Below the pieces are notes generated by a model. It was not told where the DNA came from. It saw nothing but the letters and a program-made list of their open reading frames with translations, and did not search any database. DNA of 64,000 bases, from contig OZ237776.1 in the NCBI GenBank assembly GCA_965178125.1, positions 434,001 to 498,000 on the forward strand, given 5' to 3'. The position numbers and the translations under genes are program-made. Below are positions 1 through 10,659 of the stretch, one piece after another; position 1 is the first letter of the stretch; each line of letters opens with the position of its first letter. The DNA is from Bilabrum cf. latius (lineage: Eukaryota).

Positions 1-63
1 TGCTGAGAATAGTGCCAGTTTTGCCTGCGCTAGCGAATTAAGTCTCTATCCACCTGCTCCCTT

Positions 64-1587
64 ATGTATTTCGTTGTTATTGAAACATCTGAATCGCAGG
101 GGACGATCGATGCAACGGGGGAGGGCGTGCCGGTGCAGGGCGGCGTTCCGGCTGCCAAGCATTCGGGCGGCTCCTCTTCCAGCGACGATGAATACGTCGT
201 GACAAACATTTAGAATACGACAGGATAGGAGGCCAAATCCAGGTGGCAGACCTGGAACAGGCGGGTATTGTCGAGCTTCGTGATGGTGATCGCAGCCAAC
301 CTGCTGCTGCTGTATGGCCGGCAGCTCGCAATCGTGCTGCTGATTTTCTTCCTGCAGGCAAACATCTACAGGGAGCTCGTGCTGATTTCCATCCGCCACG
401 ACGAGGAGCGGCAGCAGCCCACGTTCAAGTTTTTCTACTACTACTGGTTCATCGTGTGCGCATTCTTCTTCTACGTGCGCACTCTGCGGGAGCACTTCGA
501 GCCTCTCACCGAGCAGCACTGGGCCTTTCAGTGGGCGGTCAGGAACCACGTGCCGGTGTCTTTCTTCGCTTACATGTTCGGGATCGTGCTGTTCGTGGTC
601 TCCCTGCAGCGGCGCAGGAGGTTCGTGTACATGTTCACGCAGTTCTCCTTCTGCCACATGGCCCTCCTGGCTGTGGTGCTGCAGTCGACCTACCTGGCGG
701 CCAACGTGTTCAACGGGATAATCTGGTTCGCGGTGCCCTGCGGGCTGGTGGTGTGCAACGATTGCTTCGCGTACATCTTCGGTTTCTTCTTCGGGCGCAC
801 TCAGATCGTGCCCAAGCTGAGCAAGAAGAAGACCTGGGAGGGTTTCGCGGGGGCCTTCCTGGCCACGCTCGTGTTTGCCTGGTATTTCACCATGTTCTGG
901 GAGAGGGTGGAATGGGCGGGGATCAACCGAGTGGCGCTCTGTCCCTCCCGCGGGTTTCAGTGGGAGACGCCGAGCTGCGACCCACTGACCGTGGACGGGG
1001 GGATCCACGGGCCGAGGCCGTTCACGCAGTTCCACATCGGGCGGGCGCTGGACAACCACGTCATGCGGCCGCTGGGTGCGAGCTTCCTGCTTGGCTTCGA
1101 TTGCTCCGAGTTCCAGCTCCACGCTCTGGTGATGGCCACCTTCGCCAGCCTGGTGGCCCCCTTCGGTGGATTCTTCGCTTCGGGGGTGAAGCGGACCCTT
1201 GGGCTGAAGGACTTCGGGAGCTCTTTGCGGGACCATGGGGGCTTCACGGACCGGATGGACTGCCAGCTGGTGATGGGGTCTTTCTCGTACATGTACTCGC
1301 ACTACTTCATCCCGCTGGGGCTGCCGCAGCCGGTGGCGGCTCAGGCGCTCCTTCAGGCGGTGCTGGCGCTGCCGTCGGCGGATCAGGGGAGGCTTGTGCG
1401 GCGGCTGGTAGACGCGGTTGGCATGGACGGTGCGTCGCTGCAGGCGCTGTGCTCTGGTGTGCACGGCGCCACTGCGTTCTGGGAAGGGGCGGCGGGGGCG
1501 GGGGCGGGGGCGGGGGCTGCTGTGGAAGCCGATGGCGCTGGGGGAGTTGCAGCGGGGGCGGGTGCCGTGGGAGGAGGCGAATTGTAA
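64..1587 (+). CDS. CDS1: Phosphatidate cytidylyltransferase (CDP-diacylglycerol synthase), eukaryotic type; start uncertain
   Basis: Motifs KLSKKKTWEGF, FASLVAPFGGFFASGVKR, KDFG and HGGFTDRMDCQ. The frame extends upstream through TAGs at 211 and 226 to ATG 64, or to a possible intron acceptor at 99. Ends TAA. Confidence 0.93.
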
Positions 1588-1613
1588 TCAAAAAGGACAT
1601 TTTATTCCATAAT

Positions 1614-4600
1614 ATGAAGCGCTAGACTGCGTGAGTGCTCACATCTCGAGATCGGAAATTCGGAATCTCGGTTGACGGTTCGGCAACACATCACGTGACG
1701 GTGCTGCCCAACACTGCGATGCTGGGGGTGGGCGACCAAGTTGAAATATAGCGCCGCAGTGCATTCCTTGGCGACGACGCACGCAGAAAAGCAAAGTTGG
1801 CAGCAGACCGGGTTCATGCGGAGCACCCCAGAATCGCGATCGGTGTTCGCCGGTGGGCCGACACGCACCCGCCCGTCGAATTGCCGGCCGAGCTTGCGGC
1901 TAAGATATCGTACTGTAGGGATGCCTGGGCCGCTGGGCTGCGTAAGATTTTTCTTCAAGCGCCCATCCGACCAGTGGTTCCTGCTTCCATACGAACGAAA
2001 TGGAGCCCTGCCAGCCAGGCTGACCCGCCCACCTCTGCTGGTGATCCCATTGCATTTGGCAGTAGACTGTGTCTGCCGACATGGACTAATCCGGGAGCCA
2101 TGCAAGCTGTCGCTCAGTCGGAGCTTGGGCGTAGGCTCGCGGCTGGCGAGCAATCGAATGCGCAGCCGCCCACCGTATCGTGGATGCGCGAGGAAGTATC
2201 AGCACTGTCTCTGGTAAATTTTGGGAGGCAAGGTGAATCAGCGGCGACTCTCAAATCTGCGATGCAAGCCGGCCAAATCGGACGACCGATGCTCCCAGAC
2301 GAGGGCATGTTCCAGGCCGCGCCTGGGGGTGCTGCGAGCAGCGAAAGCAAAGTTGGGGGGAGCAATAACCCCAATCCACAATCTTCTTCTTCATCCTCAA
2401 GGTTTTTGCTCCCTATGCGCTCCATGGAGCCAGCGTCGTCCTCGTCGTCGTCCGCCGCGGCAGCAGCCGCCCCGGAGCCACCATCCTTTGACGGGATCGG
2501 CGCTGGCCTGCTGCTCGGTGCCCAGGGCCTTTCGCACGCTCTGGCCCTCTCAGAGATGGTGCTTGGCCAGAGTGGGGAGCGGGGGGCCAGGGCCGATGCG
2601 AATTAGGTGGTGGCGGCGGTGTCGGGAGCAGGAGCAGGAGCTTCTGCAGGAGAGCAGAGCGCAGGGGCAGCGGCAGGGGCCGAGGCGGGGGCACAGGAAC
2701 ACGAGGCCAGCGCAGCCCCGTCAGGTGCGCTGCAAGGCAATGCACCCACACCCCAGGAGGCAGGTGGCCCCCCTTCCCAAGCCCAGCCAGGGCCAGTGAC
2801 AGAGCCAGTGACAGAGCCAGGTGCCGCTGCCCCGCCGCCCGCTGCCCACGCCCAAGGTGCATCGCGCGATGGCACCGCTGCCCCCATCAGCGGGGGGCAG
2901 CCCACTCAGGACGACATGCGGGCGTGCACGGAGGTTGGTATGCCCGCTTCCAGCATCGCGGTCTGCCTATATCGCGCCATTGGCGGCGCCAGCCAGGTGC
3001 CCCCCTCCCAGGCAGTGCCCCTCTCCACGCGCCTGCAGGGTGGCAGACACAACCTGCTCGTGGCCTTGGCAAGCGACGACGAGCTGGACGCCCAGTTACA
3101 CAAGCTGGAGCTGAGGGCTTGCATCGGCCCCCTGCTGTGCCCGCCCCAGGACGAGCTGTTCTACATGGCCAGGAGGGAATGGGCCAAATAGTCGAGGGGC
3201 CCGCCGGACCTGAGGCTGCTGGAGGAGGTTGCAACAGCTGGGGAACAGGCCTTGAAAGCCATGCGGGAGGGCAGGGGGGAACAGGCTGAGAGGGCCAGGC
3301 GACAGGCACTGCGCATGGAGCTCCCCGGGGAGCTCCAGGAGGGTGAGGTGGTGCGGCTGGTGGGGGCCAAGATCCGGAAGTCGAGTGGGTACACACGGGA
3401 GACGAGGAGGGCGGCGCTGCGGGTGGTGCGGGCGGGGATCCAGCTGCTCCCGGCGACGTGTGCCGAGTGGTTGCACGTGCACGGACTATGCGAGGCGTTG
3501 GGCAACACGATCCGCAAGACGCCCAAGGAGGACGCGCTCGAGGAGATGGCCCTCGCATTCGAGTGCCTGTACCTCCTGGCCAGGCAGGGTCTCCTCCCCA
3601 CCAATAAGATGGGTGCCAGGGAACTGGCCCAGGCCCGCAGCAGGGAGCTGAGAGCCATCCGCGCCGCCCGCATGTCCCTCGCCGAGGCCAACAATCCTCC
3701 CAGCGCAGAGGAGGAAGAGAACGACCCCCAGTACATGGCCACGCTGGACGCCGAAGCTGAGCTCAGGCCAGAGGACATCGCGCACTGGGGCGCTGAGCAG
3801 CTGCCGTACGAGTCGGCTCCCAGGGAACAAGGGACCCAGGGGGCAGATGGGGGCCAGGGGCAGCAAGCGGCGCCCGCCCACAGGTTTGCCGGGCTGGACC
3901 CAGACCCCAGGGTGCAGGTGGCGGCGCTGGAGGAGTGCGGGCTGGGCCGACTGGGGGAGCTCGCGGCGCCCGCCTCGCTGGGGGGTAGGTTCCGCTGCCA
4001 CGTGGACGCGCACGCTTGCCTGGCCAGCACCCCGCAGCTCCTGGAACGGGCCTGCAACATCATCCGCGTGTGCCAGCGATAGGCGGCCAATGACCTGTCC
4101 ACTGTTTCAGCCGGGCCCAGCATGCATGGCATGAGGCTCAGAGGCAAGGTGATCGAGGGCAGCACCCCGATGGCGCGCCTGCAGTCGATGTGGAAGCAGG
4201 GAGCGGGCGATTGCGGGCTCAAGCTGCGGGAGTCGGCCACCTGGGCGCTGCGGATGATCCACAAGATGCTCAGGCCGGGGCTGGCGGAGAGGAGGAGGAT
4301 CGCCTCCAGAGGGGGCACGCTCTCGCGGAACGCGTCTCTGGAGGATGCCCTGGGCGAGGAGGACGAGGCGATCTGGACGGGTGGGCTCGGCATGGGCCAG
4401 CGGTTGCTGAAGAGGGGGCTGGGGAGGCACCTGCGGCAGCTGTCGACCGTACTGGACTGCGAGCCCGGGCCACTCAGGGTGTCCGGGGTCACATGCAGGG
4501 CACTGCGGTGCTTGTGCCGGATGTGTCGGTACGTGCCCGGTGCGTTTGAATTCGGCGTGGTGCGACAAGGCTTCGGCTGGTTCCTGCGCCGCGCCGTGAA

Positions 4601-6731
4601 GGAGTGCCAACCGGAGGGCATCGACCTCGTGTGCAGGGAGGCGGCCGCTGTCCTGAGGAGACCCGTGGCCGTGCGGCTGCTGGAGCGCATGCCCAAGCTC
4701 ATGGCCAGGCACCCGTCGATGAACGGGATCCTGAGGGTCCTAACGGAGGCGGCAGCGCGCAAGGCACCTCGTTTGGTGCGGAGGCTCGGCAGCTCGGCCG
4801 AGCGCAGGTCGCAGCAGCCCGCCCCCGGGCAGCCCCTGTGTCCGTTCGCCGCGCGGCTCCTCGATTACGTGGAGCGGCCCCGCCTGAGGTACATGGCGTG
4901 CATGCCCGCCCCCGATGAGCCGAGGCAGGAGGTCCTGCACCGGAGGCTGGATGCCTCCGGTGCCGTGCCGGTCAACAAGAAGGTCCAGCCCAGCGGTGCC
5001 GTGCGGCTTGACCCGGGCGTGCAGGCCCTGCTCGAGATACCCCCGCAGGGGCCCGGGGAACAGTTGGGGTCACCCATCCCAGGGGAGGCTGTGGATGACG
5101 GGATGCTCTACGCGCTGTGCTATGTGGAGATAGCCGTTCGGTGCTCGCCCAAGCTGGACATCGCCGCTGTGCTGAATCAGAGGTACGAGGAGGCTACGGG
5201 AGTGGTGGATGCAGGGGATGTGGAAGGTGCAGGTGCAGGGGCTGGTGCAGGTGCAGGGGCTGGTGAATCTGTCCAAAACTCGCCGGCCAGCATACGAGGG
5301 GCTGGCCCGGAAGCTGGTAGTGGTGGTGCACTGCATGGTGGTTCACTGCATGGGGGCAGTCCGGTGCAAGGGGGTTTAGACGGAGGTCGCAGGCTGTCAG
5401 AGGTGCACATGCCGCCCCCTGCTGCTGCTGCTGCTGCCACTGCCACTGGTGCAAGTGAAACGACTGGTGCATCAGCTGCACCTGCACAAGCGCCGGCACA
5501 AGCGCCTGCACATGCGCCTGCACAAGCGCCTGCACAAGCGCCTGCACAAGCGCCTGCACAAGCGCCGGCACAAGCGCCGGCAGCTGCTGCAGATCCTGCG
5601 GCAGGGCCGTCCCCTGAGGCACTGCAGGCTGCGCAGGAGGCGGTCGCAGCGAGCCTCGCTGCCCTTAGGGGTGCACCGCACGATGGTGTTGCGCTGGACC
5701 TCGCCCCAAGGGCCGGTCTAGGACACTCCAGTCGACATGGGGCCGCAGCGGGTGCAGTGCACGGCAGCGGGCCCCTGGACGACGATGTGCTCGACGGTGT
5801 GTACGGCCTATCCGGTCTCATGGGGGCGGAGGGAGAGGTGGAGGGCGGCAGGGAACAGCAGCAGCAGGCTGCAGGGGGAGGGGCAGGGAACAGGGCCCAG
5901 CATACGGCGGCTCCTGCAGCGGACGGCTCCGGCGCTGCAGCCGGTGCTGGTGCTGGCCCTGGCCCTGGTGCTGGCCCTGGTGCTGGCCCTGGCCCTGGTG
6001 CTGGTGCTGGTGTGGATGGCAGGGCGGACGCAGAGGGCAGTGCTGGCGGGAGGCCAAGCCCCACAGCCACGGACTCCACGGCGGATACAGGGCACGCGCA
6101 TGGCGAAGGGGGCAAGGGCAGCGCCAGCAGTGTGACGAGTGCCTCTGGGTCGTCGAGGGGGGAGGCCGAGTGGTTCCCCGAGCAGGAGGCGGAGGAGGTG
6201 ATGGCGGGGGCGGGGGTGTCTGCGGGGCAGGGTGCATCGCACGGCGGTGCCGCGGGGGGTGATGGCGGGGATGCATTCGACTAGGCGGTTGGGTTTGGCG
6301 ATTGGGGCGGGGCACCGGGCTTGGGGAACAACGGGGGAGGAGGGGACGGTGGAGGCGATGGTGGATTCAGTCTGGAGGGGCTGGGGATCGATGGGGGACA
6401 GGGGGAGGGTGGGGATGGTGCGGGTGGGTGGGGAGGGATGGGGGGCGACGATGACTGGGCCGGAGGTGGTGCAGATGCAGGCGGGGTCGGGGATGGGGAT
6501 GGGTGGGGCATCGGGGGCGACCAGGACTAGGGCTGGGGTGGGGGTGGGGAGAATGATGCCGGAGCAGGGGGCAGTGCAGGAGCAGACCCAGGTGATAGCG
6601 CGGGTCATGATGCCTGGGAGGCGCTCCTCCAGGAGAGCGAACTGCCGGGGTCTGGGCCGAATGCCATCCGGAGAGCGCCAGCCGAGCATGAGCCCACGCC
6701 AGAGGAGCATGCTAGGAATTCCACCCTGTGA
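1614..6731 (+). CDS. Large hypothetical protein (about 1650 aa) with helical middle region and low-complexity A/G/P tails
   Basis: ORFs 1797, 2607, 3252, 4122 and 6321 share one frame and are joined by TAGs (2604, 3189, 4080, 6282, 6528); ends TGA 6729-6731. Probable exon 1 is ATG 1614-1630 (contains TAG 1623) with a GTGAGT donor at 1631. CAG acceptors at 1759 or 1786 both preserve the frame. Confidence 0.75.
5477..5582 (+). repeat. 12-bp coding tandem repeat (APAQ)n
   Basis: About 8 copies of gcacaagcgcc(t/g). Confidence 0.9.
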
Positions 6732-6803
6732 ATGGCAGGTTCGTTTTCATGGTTTGATAATGGTATACGCATGTAGGTAGTTGCGACCTGTTTGTGGTGC
6801 AGC

Positions 6804-7220
6804 TTATGTTTCGCTCGAATCGCCTGCGCCAGATGCAGAAGCTGCCGCGCTGCTTGCAGCCGTCCCATCGTCCGTTTTTTCGATCCCAGCCAATTGAGCG
6901 AGAGTAAGACCCGTAGGTGGATTCTATTCCAGCCAATCGCTGCCCCTAATTGCCCCAGCCAGCGCCCGTACAAGACCTTCGAGATCGTCCTCGCCATCCC
7001 CTGGCTCACTTAGCGCCTTCTTCAGATCCGCGCTCGCGTCAGGCCCGCTCGACTCGGCTGAACGAGCTTCGTCTCCACTCACAATCTTGGCTGATGACAT
7101 GCCTTCGTCTTTCAACAGAACAGCAAGGCTGCTGGCCAAGGCTGAAGCTTCAGCGGCCTGCTTGGCCGTCAAGTTGGGCGCGCTGCTGGGCTTCTCTGCA
7201 TCTTGCGACACCGAGGCCAT
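6804..7220 (-). CDS. Hypothetical protein, 138 aa
   Basis: ATG 7220; reading through TAG 6924-6926 continues a compositionally similar A/S/D/E-rich frame to TAA 6804-6806. Confidence 0.6.
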
Positions 7221-7539
7221 GCAATGTTGTCGTCTTACTCAGCAAATTGCCAGCCGAAACAAGCAGATTCTAGTTTTATGCTGCACAAAATGGGTGGGTT
7301 CCCAATCGAATCATCACACACCACGCACACTTGGCGACAGCCGCGCAATCAGGTGATTCAGTGTGCAGAAGAAAGGACCAGTACGATTTGAATCAAACAA
7401 TCAAGTATAACCGGAGAGCCATTGTGCGATACGGCTGTCTGGCTGCTGCATGATTCTAATCATTGATCAGGCCGACCAATTTGTTATTGATTCGTCCAAC
7501 CGGTTTTGTGGTTCGATCGACTAAGAAGCAACTGAAGAT

Positions 7540-10266
7540 ATGGGAGCTGCAAACTCAAATGGCGCTGCCGATGCAGTGGGGGCCCCTACAGATGCAACTT
7601 CGCAATCTGGGAGGTCAGGTGCACGGAGCGACAAGGCTTCCAATATTGCCGCTGCTCTCGAGAGCAATCAAACGCAGCGGTACGTCCCGGGACTATAGAA
7701 TGCTGGGAACACATGTTTCAATAACGCGTTGCTCCAGGCACTGGCTGCCCTTCCACCGGTGCATGCCCACTTGCACAGGCTGCTGACTGCCTGGCAGCAA
7801 GCTGGCAAGTGCCTGTCCAAGCGCAAGCAAGAACAACAGGAGAGAATGGAAAGATTAGAGAAGATTGGCAGAGGGGTGGATATGGGCGAGGAAACTAGCA
7901 AGGCTGGCCCCGTAGACACCGATTCCGCTGTGGCCAATCTGGATCCCGTCAAACAGAAAGGAAGGGGAATCCGTCGATACGACGACATCGAAAGCACGGC
8001 GGGCCCTTTGGCAGGGGAGCTCCTCGGACTGTTGCAATCTCTCTCGCGGGTGAGCACGGCGAGCATGACCCCCAAATCCGGAAGCAAGGTGCTCCACCGA
8101 TTCGAGCGCTACTTCCGGTCTGGGCAGCAGCAGGACGTGCACGAGCTGCTTCTCCTGCTGCTGGCTACCCTGGGCGAGGATGCCGGGTCCTGGCTCCGAT
8201 CGTCCAGGTAGGATGAGGCATGGGCGGGCATCGAGGCACGACTAGGGGCAAGGGCAGGAGAGCGGTTGCAACCGGGTGCCGGCAGGAGACCTGCCGTGTC
8301 CGGGAGGCAGGGGGGCGTGGGTGGCGCCGCACAGGGCAAGAGGCGCAAGCTCGTGGCTGCACCGCAAGGCAGTGCATCTGCACCAGGCGGGGAGGACCCC
8401 ACGCCCAGAACACCCTCGAGCGGTGCAGGAGCAGGAGCTGGTGCTGGTGCTAGGGACCGCACGCCTGCAGGTCGTGCTGTCAGCGCGTCGATTTCCTCGC
8501 AGACCCGCAGCACTGACCATGGGTCCTCCTCCTCTTCCGTTCCGAGTGGGAGCAGGGGCACGGGTGGGACAGGTGGGTCGCGGGGGTCCCGAGGCACCAG
8601 GGGCCGGAGGGTGACGGTGCCCAGGCGGCTGGCGGTGCTGGTCGAGGAGGGTGCATCGCATGGTGAAGCACCTCAGTCCCCTGCCATCATGCCCGCGTCT
8701 GCATCAGCATCAGCATCAGCCCCCGGCTCGGACACGCTCGCCTAGGCCCTGGTGTCGCCCTTCTCACTCAGCTGTCTCCGGAGAGTGAGGTGCCTGCACC
8801 CGGGCTGCAAGGCGCACCACCCCACGTGGCACGAAGAGGAGATGCTGGCGGTGCAGGCGCACGTGAGGGAGGGAGGTGTGATGCCCGGTGCCTCGAGGAT
8901 GGGGGCCCGTGGAGAGATCATGAGGGCGCAGAAACTGACTGAGCTGCTGCGGGGCGAGCTGGAGAGTCGAGAGAGGCTCGAAGGGTACAGATGCGAGAGC
9001 TGCGGGCGCATGGGGGCGGAGAGGAGGCGAGTACTGGCGAGGGCGCCGAGGTGTCTGCTGGTGCACCTGTCCAGGGTAGGCTTCGGGGCCCACGGGGCTG
9101 CCAGCAAGAACATGAGCAGGGTCAACTTCAGGCCCGTGCTGGATCTCGACAAGGCCCTCCGGAGGAACAAGGGCAGGCACAAGAGCAGGCACACGGATAA
9201 GGGGACTGGGATGAGCGGCGCCTCGATGGATGAAGGGGCCCAGCCCCGCAGCGACAGCGTGTACGACCTGGCCGCTGTGGTGGTTCACATCGGGGGCGCC
9301 TATGGAGGGCACTACGTGTGCTACAGGAGGGCGCCTCGACGGGTGGGCATGGGTGAGGCTGCGCGGGCGGGGGAGGGGAGAGGGGAAGATGGATCCACCG
9401 GTGGATTGGGCCTGGGTGCTCCCGTCGGCATGTCCCGCATGCAGTGGGTGCGATGCAGTGACTCGAGCGTCAGGCCGGCACAGTGGAGCGAGGTGGAGAG
9501 GCAGGAGGCCTCGCTGCTGCTCTACTGCAGGCGGGCATAGCGCCCTGAGGGGCTGTGGGTCGGAGACGGGGCAGGGAGCCCGGAGCATGGAGTGCCCACT
9601 TGGAAGAACCAGCTCTCGGGTGTGACGAGTGCCAGCCGCGGCTGCACTCCGATAGCGGCATCGATGCCACGCGGATGGGAGCAGCAGTGGGACAGCGACC
9701 TCTGGGTGCTCCCCAGGGAACAAGACCAGGGGACCGCTGCTAGTGGACAGGATGATTCGGCGAGTGGTCATATGGGCACGGGGCAGCGATTGAACGGCCG
9801 ATCGCCTCACTGGGTGAGTGGGCTGACGACGACATACGAGAATGCGAGGAAGCTCAGGGAACAAGGGGTGGGAGGGGTGGGAGGGGATGATCCCCCCCAA
9901 GTGGTGGTGGTGCAGGACTGGGGGGATCTGGGCGAAGTGGAGGGTGCAGGAGCAGCGATTGGGGGAGCGAGCGGGCACACCAGCGGGGCGGCAGGGGCCT
10001 TGGGTGCCCCATCGCCGGCACCAGGGTCTGATGCATTGGCAGGTGCATTGGCAGGGGCAGTGGGGAGCGCTAGGGATGGCAGGAGGTCGCTGAGTAGAGA
10101 GACGCTGAGGGGGAGCACCCCAGGGGGTAGTGCCGGGGGGTCTGAGGGCGGGGATCAGGAGCAGGAGGTGCGATTCGGGGGAGGGGGAGAAAGAGGAGGA
10201 GAGCAAAGTGTGCCGAGAGTGAGGGGGCCAAGGCAGCCCGAGGACCCGGTAGCGGATGTGGACTGA
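7540..10266 (+). CDS. Ubiquitin carboxyl-terminal hydrolase (USP / peptidase C19), 908 aa
   Basis: Cys box GL*NAGNTCFNNALLQAL (TAG 7696), QQQDVHE, His box YDLAAVVVHIGGAYGGHYVCYRR, and WVRCSDSSV. All lie in one frame through TAGs 7696, 8209, 8743 and 9538; ends TGA. Confidence 0.92.
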
Positions 10267-10659
10267 GGACCCGGCAGCGGGAATTTTCATTTGTCTTTCT
10301 TTTCTATACCCCGGGGAGCTTGTGTCCCCAGCTACGGGAATTGCGGGTGGGAGGGGCGGAGCTCCCGTCGAGTCCTGAGCGTAATTCTCGCTGGCAGCCA
10401 CGGAAGCGGCAGTTTTCCGTTCTGGTCCATCTGCCCCGTCACTCATAAAATGGTTGGCACTAACGTCGTCTATTTTTCGGCAGATATATACCAGTGTGTG
10501 CAGTGATTCGTTTTATTTATTTTCGTCGTCACATGGCATCTGCTTTCTTTTTGAATTCGGTATTTTTCATCTGCTCTCCCATCGCAACCTGGTGAGGAAA
10601 GGAACAATTCTATCCGTATAATTAACGGTATACCTGGTCCAAACTGCCAGCCACCTCCC

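Noticed and set aside
46-1464. 472-aa minus-strand ORF, and similar long antisense ORFs at 3161-4762, 8764-10446, 30563-32401, 32459-33808 and 35154-36603
   Set aside because: These are shadow ORFs opposite well-supported GC-rich genes and have no recognisable motifs.
7690-7720. In-frame TAGs as intron acceptors or micro-introns
   Set aside because: At the USP, OGDH, arylsulfatase and DHHC sites, homology is colinear across the TAG with exactly one residue needed and no upstream donor. TAG 34669 and the TAG near 28903 remain ambiguous.
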